DNA of 64,000 bases from Bryobacterales bacterium (GCA_965204435.1 OZ241997.1:3076550-3140549); one strand, 5' to 3'. Shown: positions 54,194 through 63,539, counted from the first letter of the stretch. The notes: generated by a model not told the origin, from the sequence alone. Numbers and translations are program-made.

Positions 54194-54523
54194 GCGAATC
54201 CCCTCGGCCGGATCGGTCGCAACAATCGTGATGGCGGCGGGCTGGACTGCTGGAAGCGTGACGGCTACGCAACGGCCGCTGAGCACGGAGGTCCCGGAAG
54301 AGAATCGACGTTTGGGCTCCCTTTCCCGGATCGCTCCTGTTAGACTTCCAGCAGCAATTCTCCCGTGGCGGGCAATCCTACTGCGTTGCGGGGCGGCACG
54401 GGCCTTCCGAAATCTGTCGGAAGCGGTGCGATTGCTCGGGCCCGGGACAAGCACTTGCCTGCCCTGGGCGGATGCCGCAGGCTTGCCGACTCGCCGGGGG
54501 GGCAGAGAACCGGGAGGCGAACA

Positions 54524-57500
54524 ATGGCATTCAGAAACACGCTTGCAGTCCTTTGCTTGGGGCTTTTCTTCGCGATCGGCGCGTTCGGCCAAGCCACGGG
54601 CCTGATCCTCGGAACGGCACAGGACGGCTCCGGCGCGGTCATTCCGGGCGCCGACGTGCTGGCCATCAACGAACTGACGGGCATCGAGCAGTCCGCGCAA
54701 ACGGATGCCCAAGGGCGGTTCAACTTTCCCCGGACGCCAGTCGGGACGTACCGGGTGGAGGTGCGCAGTGATGGATTCTCCACGTTCTCGTCGGGCACGT
54801 TCCGCCTCACGGCGGACCAGAGCCGCCAAGTCACCGCCACCCTCGAGATCGGCCAAGTGACCGAAGTGGTGACTGTCGAAGGCGCGGTCGCCCAGGTCGA
54901 GACCTCGAACGCCACCCTGACGGAGATCATCGACGAACGCCGCATCACAGAACTGCCCTTGAACGGCCGGAACCCGATCCAGCTCATCATGCTCGTTCCG
55001 GGAGTGAACACCGGCCCCGGCGGCGTCATTTCGCAGTTCGGGGCGTTCAGTGTCAACGGCGCCCGGGCGCAGTCCAACAACTACATGCTCGACGGCGGAG
55101 ACAACAACGACCACCAGGGCGGCGCGCCCATGATCGTGCCCAACCCTGATTCGCTGGAAGAGTTCAGCATCCAGACACAGAATTTCTCTGCCGAGCACGG
55201 CGGAGCCATGGGAGGCGTGATCAATGCGGTCACGAAGTCCGGAACCAACGAGTTCCACGGCAGCGCGTTCAACTTCCTGCGAAACGACGTGCTCGACGCC
55301 ACCAGCTTCGACGCCAACCGAACCGGCGTGCAGAAAGGCAAGCTGCGACGGAACCAGTTCGGGGCGACTCTGGGCGGCCCGATCGTCAGGAACCGCTCCT
55401 TTTTCTTCTATGCCTTCGAAGGGACGCGGACACGACAGGCTCAGGCATTCCTCCACAATGTCGCGACGGATCTCGAGCGCGGGGCCGATTTCTCCAAGTC
55501 CCGCAACGCCCCGAATGACCCGGACACCGGGGGCGCTTTCCCCAACTCCGTCATTCCCATGGGCCGCTGGAACCATGTCGCTCCGAACTACCTGCAGGCC
55601 CTGATCCCCAACGCGAACGTTGTCAACACGCGAGGCGACGGCACGGTGCTGGGACGAATCGGCTTCAACCGGCCGGACAACCCGGACCGCGACCAGCACA
55701 TTGCGAGAGTTGACCACCAGGTCACCGAAAAGCAGCGCGCAACGTTCCGGCTGTTCCGCAACGTCGACGACAGGTTCCGGGCCGCCAACGTGCCGACCCT
55801 GACCCAGAACGAGGGCTTCAAGAACTGGAACCTGCAGGGCTCCCACACATGGACGATCTCTCCGACGCTGCTGGGCGTCGGCAGGTTCACGTGGAACGAG
55901 GTCGACCAGCTGCGTGGCGGGAACCCGGTCATGTTCGACGGCCAGGTCGCCACGTATGAAACCCTCGGCGTGAATGCGATGCGGGCCGCGCCGTTCAGCC
56001 CGGACGAGCAGGCGGTCACGTGGCGCGGCAGAGTCCAAGGCTTCTGGAATCTCGGGCAAGTGAACGTGCTCGACACCGATCGCCAGACCTACCACGCCGT
56101 ATATGACTGGTCATGGACGAGAGGCGGCCACATGATCAAGTTCGGCGGGGACTACCGCTGGTCGAAGAGCGACCGCCTGACCAATAACCGAGTCGACCCG
56201 CAGTTCACGTTCAACGGGAACAGAAGCGGCAACGCGCTGGGGGATTTCTTCCTCGGGTACCCGTCCCGTTTCGTCATGGGCTCCCTGCGCATCAATCGGA
56301 TCCGAAACATCGGATCGAACCTGTACTTCCAGGACGACTGGAAGGCGCTCCCGAACCTCACGATCAGCATGGGAGTTCGCTGGGAGCCCTACCACCAGTT
56401 CTACTCGGCCGACGACGAGCTGTCCGTGTTCATTCCCGGCAAACAATCGCCTTCCTATCCGCAAGCCCCGCCGGGGCTCCTGTACGCGTCCGATCCGGAC
56501 ATTCCCAGAGGCGGCGCGCCGAAGGACTGGAACAACTTCGCCCCCCGCATCGGCCTTGCCTGGCAGCCAACGGCAGACGCCAAGACGGCGATCCGCGTGG
56601 GATACGGCCTGTTCTACGACATGCCGCCGTTCCACTCGCTCAGCCAGTTCGTCAACAACCCGCCGTTCTCCATGCAGTTCGACCGGCGGCAGGCCGACCT
56701 CAACGCGACCGGGGCCACCTTCGACGAGCCGTTCCGCGGACGCGTCAATCCGTTTCCCTTTAGTCCACCGCGGACGGATGAAGAGCGCGGTGCCTTCAAC
56801 TTCGTCACGCCTATCTTGTTCGGCAGGAGCGTCAACCCGAACCTGGTAGCGGGCTACAACCAGCAATGGAACGTGAACATCCAGCAGGAGCTGCCCTACA
56901 GGATCCTGCTAACCGCCGCCTACATCGGCTCGCAGGCGTCCAACCTTCCAATGGTGCTCGACATCAACGTCAGGCCGCCACGCAGCAGCGGGCGACCCAA
57001 CGTGAGGCCGCATTCGGACTTCACGGCAATCCGGGAGTACCAGTCCATCGCGTACAGCAACTACAACGCGTTCCAGTTCACCATGAACAAGCGCATGAGC
57101 GGCGGGTTCTCGATCCTCGCGCACTATACCTGGTCGAAGACCATGGACCTTTACGCGACGAACGACCAATTCAATCCCCAGAACATCGAAAACATTGACG
57201 CGGAAAAGGCCCTCGCGAACTTCCACCACGCCCACAGGATGGTCGCATCGTTCGTCTGGGACATTCCGTCTCCAGTGAGCAGGGGTCCCGGCAGGTGGGT
57301 GCTGGGAGGCTGGCAGGTCAACGGGATCTATTCGGCCCAGACCGGCGATCCGGTCAACATCTTCCACGGACGCGACATCGCCGGCACGACAATCGGCGGC
57401 AGCCAGCGCCCCAACCTGGTCGGGGACCCCCTGGCGGGAGTCAATCGCAGCAGGGCCAACATCGTCGATGGCGGGGCTTGGTACAACGTGGGCGCGTACG

Positions 57501-57763
57501 CCCTGCCCGACCGCGGGTATTTCGGGGACCTGGGCCGCAACACGCTGATCAGCCCGGGCGACTGGAACCTGGATCTGGGACTGTTCAAGAACTTCAATGT
57601 CTCCGAAGGTGTGAACCTCCAGTACCGGTGGGAGATGTTCAACGCGATGAACCACGCCAACCTCACCAATCCGGTGGGACGCATCATCAGCGGGACCGCC
57701 GGGGAGATCAACACCCTGACGGGCCCGAGAATCATGCAGATGGGGCTGCGCATCGAGTTCTGA
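54524..57763 (+). CDS. TonB-dependent receptor with an N-terminal carboxypeptidase-regulatory-like domain
   Basis: Track ORF is 54365..57763. The ATG at 54524 has GGGAGG upstream and gives the leader MAFRNTLAVLCLGLFFAIGAFGQ. This is followed by GLILGTAQDGSGAVIPGADV...GTYRVEV and the terminal ...MGLRIEF. Confidence 0.9.
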   Translation: MAFRNTLAVLCLGLFFAIGAFGQATGLILGTAQDGSGAVIPGADVLAINELTGIEQSAQTDAQGRFNFPRTPVGTYRVEVRSDGFSTFSSGTFRLTADQSRQVTATLEIGQVTEVVTVEGAVAQVETSNATLTEIIDERRITELPLNGRNPIQLIMLVPGVNTGPGGVISQFGAFSVNGARAQSNNYMLDGGDNNDHQGGAPMIVPNPDSLEEFSIQTQNFSAEHGGAMGGVINAVTKSGTNEFHGSAFNFLRNDVLDATSFDANRTGVQKGKLRRNQFGATLGGPIVRNRSFFFYAFEGTRTRQAQAFLHNVATDLERGADFSKSRNAPNDPDTGGAFPNSVIPMGRWNHVAPNYLQALIPNANVVNTRGDGTVLGRIGFNRPDNPDRDQHIARVDHQVTEKQRATFRLFRNVDDRFRAANVPTLTQNEGFKNWNLQGSHTWTISPTLLGVGRFTWNEVDQLRGGNPVMFDGQVATYETLGVNAMRAAPFSPDEQAVTWRGRVQGFWNLGQVNVLDTDRQTYHAVYDWSWTRGGHMIKFGGDYRWSKSDRLTNNRVDPQFTFNGNRSGNALGDFFLGYPSRFVMGSLRINRIRNIGSNLYFQDDWKALPNLTISMGVRWEPYHQFYSADDELSVFIPGKQSPSYPQAPPGLLYASDPDIPRGGAPKDWNNFAPRIGLAWQPTADAKTAIRVGYGLFYDMPPFHSLSQFVNNPPFSMQFDRRQADLNATGATFDEPFRGRVNPFPFSPPRTDEERGAFNFVTPILFGRSVNPNLVAGYNQQWNVNIQQELPYRILLTAAYIGSQASNLPMVLDINVRPPRSSGRPNVRPHSDFTAIREYQSIAYSNYNAFQFTMNKRMSGGFSILAHYTWSKTMDLYATNDQFNPQNIENIDAEKALANFHHAHRMVASFVWDIPSPVSRGPGRWVLGGWQVNGIYSAQTGDPVNIFHGRDIAGTTIGGSQRPNLVGDPLAGVNRSRANIVDGGAWYNVGAYALPDRGYFGDLGRNTLISPGDWNLDLGLFKNFNVSEGVNLQYRWEMFNAMNHANLTNPVGRIISGTAGEINTLTGPRIMQMGLRIEF

Positions 57764-57938
57764 CCCGCATCGCCGGCCCTCGAGTCGGTCCGCCCGTCCC
57801 GCCTCCGCACTACCGGCAACGGGCGGGGCGACCAAGCAGGTCCCGGCCACCTCGATCACTTGGGGCCGCACTGGACACCCCTGTTCGACAAGGGGACCGA
57901 GCGGTGCCAGGGCTAGGGCCCAGCTCAGACGGCTGGCC

Positions 57939-58529
57939 CTAAGCTCGAACTGCGACGGCTTCCGGCTCGCGCAGCAGCGAGTAGGCCTTGAGCATCCTCA
58001 TGAATTCTGGCATGTAGAGGTGCTGGTCGAACCAGCCGCGCCCACTGACCATGTTTCCGGAGCGCACGCAGCCCTCATCGACGAACGTCGCGCCACACAC
58101 CTCGACGTCGAACTTGCACTTCGGGATCGTCGCCATGCGCTTGCCCGCGATCACGTTCGCCGTGGCGACTATCTCTGCCCCGTGACACACGACGGCAACC
58201 GGCTTGTCGTGTTCGAAGAAGTGGCGGACTACGCGGATCAGGTCTGGATCGTAGCGGATGTACTCGGGAGCCCGGCCGCCAGTGAGGAACAGCCCGTCGT
58301 ACTCGTCGCAATCGATGTCGCGGAAGGCTACGGTTGCCTCCAAGTGATAACTGGGCTGCTCGCGCGTAATGTCCCACCCGGGCGGGATTTCGTGCATTAC
58401 CAACGGGTAAACACGCGCTTCGGGCCCCGCGACGACGGCCTCGTAGCCATCCTCCTGGACTCGGTACACGGGATAGAGGGTATCCATCGCTTCGGCAGCG
58501 TCTCCGATGGTTATCAGGACCTTTGACAT
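57939..58529 (-). CDS. DJ-1/PfpI-family protein
   Basis: Track ORF is 57939..58637. The ATG at 58529 gives MSKVLITIGDAAEAMD. The nucleophile-elbow block is KPVAVVCHGAEIV. Confidence 0.85.
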   Translation of the reverse strand: MSKVLITIGDAAEAMDTLYPVYRVQEDGYEAVVAGPEARVYPLVMHEIPPGWDITREQPSYHLEATVAFRDIDCDEYDGLFLTGGRAPEYIRYDPDLIRVVRHFFEHDKPVAVVCHGAEIVATANVIAGKRMATIPKCKFDVEVCGATFVDEGCVRSGNMVSGRGWFDQHLYMPEFMRMLKAYSLLREPEAVAVRA

Positions 58530-59002
58530 TGATACGTTCCCCGGAGCCTCCGCCAACACGGTCCGAAAGCGCGGGTGCCGCTCGCACGGCACAAGACCGG
58601 CCTCGTTTCGACTGGATCGGCTGCGCCCCAGCGTCATTGTGCCATAGACACGACGAACACCCGCCCAACCAGACCGACGCCCGATTCCAGGTAGCGGCCT
58701 GAATCCCCGTTGAAGCCCGGCCTGCGGTGGAGTGAAGAAACGGCGGCACCCGGGCCGCGAGGTTTCAGATCGTGCATTGCGACCTCACGGGTTGGCTCGG
58801 TGACGACCGGCCCGTGCGAGCAAAACGGGTGCGTGTCTCACCGATCCCTCCCCGGACGGTACCTGCACGGGCCGCCAATTGTCTGCCGCAGCGAGGTCCG
58901 AGCCTCCGAAAGGCGGCGAGTTGTAACGGTTTTCGTAGACTATTATGCCGTTCATACCTGAAAATGCTATCATACGTAGGCTGACCGCACTATGCCACAG
59001 AG

Positions 59003-59209
59003 ATGAACGGCAGGGAGTTCATGAGACGCGCCAAGCGGTACGCAGCGAGGAACAGCTTGGACTTCCGCTTCGAGCGAGCCAAGGGCAAAGGGAGCCATGG
59101 CCAGCTGTACGTCGGGGGCCGGGCAACTACCGTCAAGCGGTCGGAACTCAGCAGGGGCCTGTTGCGGAACATGCCCCGCGACCTCGGGATCGAGAAGGAG
59201 GACTTCTGA
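59003..59209 (+). CDS. hicA: type II toxin HicA (mRNA interferase)
   Basis: 68-aa ORF containing ...RFERAKGKGSHGQLYVGGRATTVKRSELSRGLLRNMPRDLGI, the HicA GSH block. The stop lies 1 nt before hicB. Confidence 0.85.
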   Translation: MNGREFMRRAKRYAARNSLDFRFERAKGKGSHGQLYVGGRATTVKRSELSRGLLRNMPRDLGIEKEDF

Positions 59210-59210
59210 A

Positions 59211-59639
59211 ATGCGATACGCCTATCCATGCAGGATCGAACGGGACGAGGACGGCGCGTTCGTCGTTTCCTTCCCGGACGTGCCCGGAGCCAATACCGGG
59301 GCGGACGACCGCGCCGAGGCGCTGGAGCTGGCCGGGGACGCGCTGGCGACGGCCCTTTCGATGTACGTGAATCTCCGCAAAACCATCCCGGTTCCGGGCG
59401 TGGCATTGGACGGTCAGGAGGTCGTCGCCGTGGACCCGGTGACGGCGGCCAAGTTGGAGCTGTACACCGCGATGCGGATGCAGGGCGTCAGCAAGCGGGC
59501 CCTCGCCGAACGGCTGGGCCTGTCTGCGGCGGCGGTGGGCCGTCTGACCGACCCGGGCAACAACTCGCGCATCGGCCATCTCGCCCACGCCCTGCGAGTG
59601 GTCGGCCGGGGGCTCGTAATCGAAAGCCGCTCGGCCTGA
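59211..59639 (+). CDS. hicB: type II antitoxin HicB with a C-terminal XRE-type HTH
   Basis: The ATG at 59211 lies inside track ORF 59097..59639. The product starts MRYAYPCRIERDEDGAFVVSFPDVPGANTGADDRAEALELAGDAL and then carries VSKRALAERLGLSAAAVGRL. Confidence 0.85.
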   Translation: MRYAYPCRIERDEDGAFVVSFPDVPGANTGADDRAEALELAGDALATALSMYVNLRKTIPVPGVALDGQEVVAVDPVTAAKLELYTAMRMQGVSKRALAERLGLSAAAVGRLTDPGNNSRIGHLAHALRVVGRGLVIESRSA

Positions 59640-60154
59640 CACAATGGGCAACGCGCAATGGCGGACGGTGACCGAGATCCGTATCGGCGAGACCTCGGGA
59701 CAGCGACCCTACCCAGCACGGCCTGAAGATCAGGGTCCGGAATAACGGCCTCAACTTGGTTTCAGGCCACTACGCGATTCCAATGCTGCAGCAATGAACA
59801 GCGAGTGCAGCTCTTGAAAGATCTCTCGCCGACGGTATTTGCCGCAGGAATCCCGAGAACCGCTAGAGGGCAAGGATGCGATGCTCGGCGAAGGGGCTCC
59901 GGAGGGCTGCTCACGAGGCCCTGTCCGCCCTGCTCGCGCCAATCCCAGAAGAGGCACGCCGCCAGTCGGCCGGCACGCCAGTCACCCACCCGATATCCTG
60001 TAGGGCAGGCTGGCTGAGATCGTGCTCCACAGGCCCGAAGTCGTCCGCTGAGCCTGCTGGTTCATCGTGAAACAGTTCAGTCCATCGCAGCCTCTTGGCC
60101 GGAGCGTTCCGTGGCACAGGAGTTTTCCGAAGGCCATTCCCTAGGCGGAACCTG

Positions 60155-61843
60155 ATGCAGATCATCAGCAAGGATCGCGAAATCTACGACGCCGTTATCG
60201 TCGGATCCGGCGCGACGGGGGGCTGGGTCGCCAAGACGCTCGCCGAGTCTGGCATGCAGGTCGCCTTGCTTGAGGCCGGCCACCGCACAACCGAAGCGGA
60301 GTTCACCGAACACCTGCGCACCTACGACCTCAAGTACCGCGGCAAATCCCCTGAGATCTCCCTCAACCGTCCGATCCAGAGCATGAAGTACGCCTGCCGC
60401 GAGTCGAACTTCGAGTGGTTCGTCGACGACATCCGCAATCCCTACACGTATCCGGAGGACAAGCCGTTCCAGTGGACGCGCGGCCGCCAGCTTGGAGGGC
60501 GGTCCCTGACTTGGGCCCGCCAAAGCTACCGTCTGTCCCCGCTAGACTTCTCCGCCGCCAGCCACGACGGCTACGGCGAGAACTGGCCTGTGACATACCA
60601 GGAAATGGTCCCGCACTACGAGACCGTCGAACGCTATGTCGGCATCAGCGGCGAACCGCTCGGCCTCATGCAGTTCCCCGACAGCATCATGCAGCCGCCG
60701 ATGGCGATGACCTGCGGCGAGGAGCATTTCAAGCACAAGGTCAACGCCCGTTTCGATCGCAATGTCACCATCGGCCGCACCGCGATCCTGACCAAGCCGC
60801 TCAACGGCCGCCAGCCATGCCACTACTGCGGCCCGTGCGAACACGGCTGCATCACGCATTCGTACTTCTCCAGCGTTTGGACCACCGTTGCGGACGCTGA
60901 GAAGTCGGGCAACTGCAAGGTGCTAACGGACGCGGTCGTCTCCCACGTCACGACCGACAAGGGCACCGGCCTCGCCGACGGCGTGGCCTACTACGATCGC
61001 CTGACTCGCGCGCCGAGGAAGATCCGCGCCAAGGTCGTGGTGCTCTCGGCATCGACCTTGGAGTCGACCCGCATCCTGCTGAACTCAGGCGATGGGTTCT
61101 GCAATTCCTCGGGCGCGCTGGGCCACTACGTCATGGACCACATGTACGGAGGGGTCTCGGGCGTGCTGCCGGTCAAGGAGAACAAGCGCTGGGCCGGCCC
61201 GCCCCAGCGCCCGAACGGACTCTATTTGCCGCGCTATCTGAACGTCGAGCACCCCCACACCGACGGCATGATCCGCGGCTTCGGCGCCCAGATGCGCAAC
61301 AGCTCCAGCTACGGCTCGCCTGCCGCGATCGCGGCCATTCGCGGCTTCGGGGCAGACTTCAAGCGCGCCGTGCACGATTCCGACTCCTACTGGCGCTTCA
61401 GCCTGGGAACCTCGTCGGAGTGCCTGGCGCGCTACGAGAACTACGTCAAGCTCGATCCGCACGTCAAAGACGCCTGGGGCATTCCGGCCCTGCACATGAA
61501 CGTGACGTGGAGCGACAACGAGATGCGGCTGTTCAACTACTCCGCCGACGCCGGCGAGGAGATGTTGCTGGCTGCCGGGGCCGAGGACATTCGCAAGATC
61601 ACGACACCGCGCTGGCCCGGCGGTGCCACCCACGAGGTCGGCACGGCGCGCATGGGCAACGATCCGCGCAAGTCGGTGCTCAACAAGTGGAACCAAGCCC
61701 ACGACGTCAAGAACCTGTTCGTCACCGATGGCGGCGCCTTCGTCACGATCGGCTGCGTCAACCCGACGCTCACCATGATGGCGCTCGCACGGCGCGCCTC
61801 CGAGTACTTGGTCGAGGCGGCGAAACGAGGCGAACTCGCATAG
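60155..61843 (+). CDS. GMC-family FAD-dependent oxidoreductase
   Basis: The ATG at 60155 lies inside track ORF 60095..61843. The ORF has the FAD fold motif YDAVIVGSGATGGWVAKTLAESGMQVALLEAG and the C-terminal HEVGTARMG...NLFVTDG. Confidence 0.85.
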   Translation: MQIISKDREIYDAVIVGSGATGGWVAKTLAESGMQVALLEAGHRTTEAEFTEHLRTYDLKYRGKSPEISLNRPIQSMKYACRESNFEWFVDDIRNPYTYPEDKPFQWTRGRQLGGRSLTWARQSYRLSPLDFSAASHDGYGENWPVTYQEMVPHYETVERYVGISGEPLGLMQFPDSIMQPPMAMTCGEEHFKHKVNARFDRNVTIGRTAILTKPLNGRQPCHYCGPCEHGCITHSYFSSVWTTVADAEKSGNCKVLTDAVVSHVTTDKGTGLADGVAYYDRLTRAPRKIRAKVVVLSASTLESTRILLNSGDGFCNSSGALGHYVMDHMYGGVSGVLPVKENKRWAGPPQRPNGLYLPRYLNVEHPHTDGMIRGFGAQMRNSSSYGSPAAIAAIRGFGADFKRAVHDSDSYWRFSLGTSSECLARYENYVKLDPHVKDAWGIPALHMNVTWSDNEMRLFNYSADAGEEMLLAAGAEDIRKITTPRWPGGATHEVGTARMGNDPRKSVLNKWNQAHDVKNLFVTDGGAFVTIGCVNPTLTMMALARRASEYLVEAAKRGELA

Positions 61844-61916
61844 GCCGCCGGATGGCAATGCCGGTCCGGCACCTAGGGCCGCCCGGCCCGACGCTCCCCG
61901 GTTCCGAGGCTCTGGC

Positions 61917-62588
61917 TCAGTTCTCGTCGGCCTGCGCGTCCTCCGCCTCGTCAGCTTTGTCAGCTTCGTCAGATTCTTCGGGCGCCTGCCAGCCGAGGTC
62001 GATGGTGCAGCCCGGCAGCGCCTGGCCCAGCTTCTCGGCTCCTTCCGGAGTGACTTTGGTCTGCCACAAATACAGGCTCTTCAGGTTCTTCAGGCCTTCC
62101 AAGTGAGCCAGTCCCGCGTCCGTGACGCCCGTCAGGTAGAGATTCAAGTACGCCAGGCTCTCCAAGCCGGCCAGATGAGCCAAGCCCGCGTCCGTCACCT
62201 TTGTTTTCTCCAGATGAAGGCGCTTGAGCGCTGTCAGGCCCGCCACGTGCACGAGGCCCTCGTCGGTGACGTCAGTCCCTCCCAGATGGAGCGACTCCAA
62301 CCGTCCTAGGTCTTTCAGCAGCGCGAGCTCGCCGTCCAAGGCAGGCGACTCCGGACGTTCGGTATCCGTGGCGTCAACCTGGCGCAAGCCGTCCTGATTC
62401 CGTCCGAGGTGGAAGGCAATCTCCAGCCCGGCATCATCCGCGGCAACCCGCATAACCCGCCCGCCCAGCTCCTGGATCTTCTCTACCAGTGCGGGGTCGG
62501 GCCCATCGTCCGAACCGCCCTCTTGCTGGGCGGCTCCGTTCGCAGTCACTCCCAAGAGCAACAGAATCGCAATCGTGGCACTCCTCAC
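61917..62588 (-). CDS. secreted leucine-rich-repeat protein with an acidic C-terminal tail
   Basis: 223-aa ORF with a signal peptide. It has four or five about 24-aa repeats (L..L.L..T.VTDAGLAHLAGL) and ends EESDEADKADEAEDAQADEN. Confidence 0.75.
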   Translation of the reverse strand: MRSATIAILLLLGVTANGAAQQEGGSDDGPDPALVEKIQELGGRVMRVAADDAGLEIAFHLGRNQDGLRQVDATDTERPESPALDGELALLKDLGRLESLHLGGTDVTDEGLVHVAGLTALKRLHLEKTKVTDAGLAHLAGLESLAYLNLYLTGVTDAGLAHLEGLKNLKSLYLWQTKVTPEGAEKLGQALPGCTIDLGWQAPEESDEADKADEAEDAQADEN

Positions 62589-62962
62589 GGGAACCTCCTT
62601 TTGTCAACCAGGATCGGATTGTTCGCCTGCAACACCTCTTCGGAGGATGCGCCGCCGTGTGCCTTCGAGCGCTGACCGCGTACAGCCTCCGACTCTGCCC
62701 AGCGTCGTCCACGCGACTGGCTGCCCCGGTGGGCGGCGCCGGCATCCCGCGGGAACCAGTGCCGGAGCGATGGAATCACCGCCTCGGAGCATCGGGCCGA
62801 AGGAACGCGGCTGGAACTGCCGTCATTCTAATATCGTGGTGCGGGCATCGGGAACCTCCAGCGAGTTCCGGCCACGTCCCCAAATTCCGCCACACACGGA
62901 TCTCTCGAACTCGGGCTCCCTGAAGATGGGGCGGGCACGCGGCAAAGTCCTTGCAGGGTCGG

Positions 62963-63013
62963 CCTTTACGCGGCGGGAGGGCCTGAGCCATGCCACTAGC
63001 CATGCGCAGGGCG
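62963..63013. repeat. left copy of a 51-bp imperfect direct repeat bracketing the brnTA cassette
   Basis: CCTTTACGCGGCGGGAGGGCCTGAGCCATGCCACTAGCCATGCGCAGGGCG matches 63684-63734 at 41/51 positions at a constant offset of 721 nt. The match includes exact runs AGGGCCTG, GCCATGC and CATGCGCAGGGCG. Confidence 0.6.
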
Positions 63014-63054
63014 CCTGCAGCAAAAACTGCAGCGGGTGCAACTCACACTAGCGC

Positions 63055-63312
63055 TCAAGCCCCATCGTGCTGCCTGATCCACTCGCGTAGGGCATTGTCG
63101 ATGCGAGTCTGCCACCCGCGTCCTCCCAACTTGAAGTAGTCGATTACGTCAGGCGAAAGGCGGATGGTGGTCGACACTTTCGGCCTAGCAACGGGTGGCC
63201 GACCGCGACGGACGGCAGCCTTGGCAAACTTCTCCGGCCAGCGGTCAGCGGAAAGATCCGGCGCGTAGTCCTTGACCAAGCCTTGGTGCGTAGAGTCCTT
63301 GTTCTCGTCCAT
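63055..63312 (-). CDS. brnA: type II antitoxin BrnA (ribbon-helix-helix)
   Basis: 85-aa ORF containing ...RRGRPPVARPKVSTTIRLSPDVIDYFKLGGRGWQTRIDNALREWI, the BrnA signature. Confidence 0.8.
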   Translation of the reverse strand: MDENKDSTHQGLVKDYAPDLSADRWPEKFAKAAVRRGRPPVARPKVSTTIRLSPDVIDYFKLGGRGWQTRIDNALREWIRQHDGA

Positions 63313-63539
63313 TTGCTTTCCTCACGCCAATAACGCGACAGCCGTGGTTGCGTGGAGTCCAGAACCTCCATCCTTCCGCTGAGCAACCCCACCGTGATGG
63401 AGCAATCCTCGCCATAGTCCCGACGGTTGTCCGCGACAGTCAGCGTGGCACCTGCGAACACTCCGTCAGCGCGGGCCATACCGAGCCCTCGGGCATCGAA
63501 TGTGGCCTCGCGCCTCGCCGCGTGGAAGTCGATCTCCAA
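63245..63539 (-). pseudogene. brnT: type II toxin gene brnT (DUF497) split over two frames by an apparent 1-nt indel
   Basis: From TTG 63539, frame 1 reads EIDFHAARREATFDARGLGMARADGVFAGATLTVADNRRDYGEDCSITVGLLSGRMEV. The conserved continuation ..FWTPRNHGCRVIGVRKANGREQGLY.. is in another frame that stops at 63245. The switch lies near 63355-63375. As written, frame 1 instead runs on to 63144 across brnA. Confidence 0.6.

Noticed and set aside
54193-54286. The idea that the small ORF upstream of the fucosidase gene is an RbsD/FucU-type fucose mutarotase. This would make biological sense, and a YVEKP segment resembles the YVESP of fucose mutarotases.
   Set aside because: The family's GHGD-type catalytic motif is absent at the corresponding position (AVQPAA instead). 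The region after YVE does not align in length. The resemblance is too weak to call.
54194-56095. The upstream roughly 630 codons of the 746-codon minus-strand ORF.
   Set aside because: This part is antisense to a well-supported TonB-dependent receptor gene. Third-position G+C in this frame collapses upstream of about 54300. Only the last roughly 340 nt are kept as a candidate small gene.
58530-59002. A possible structured RNA (SRP RNA, RNase P RNA, 6S RNA or a riboswitch) in the 470-bp gap upstream of the DJ-1 gene. There is also a 56-codon minus-strand ORF at 58785..58952 (MNGIIVYENRYNSPPFGG...).
   Set aside because: No conserved cores were seen, such as GGAAGCAGCC-type SRP or GAAAGUCCGG-type RNase P sequences. 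The small ORF has only moderate third-position G+C (about two thirds) and no motif.
59762-60171. Broken frames in the spacer before the GMC oxidoreductase gene. One example is the plus-frame ..HEALSALLAPIPEEARRQSAGTPVTH.., which is vaguely like the small subunit that often accompanies GMC/gluconate dehydrogenases. There are also minus-frame fragments.
   Set aside because: The fragments are short (under 90 codons), interrupted by stops, and lack a twin-arginine leader or any clear motif. I could not distinguish them from chance without a database search.
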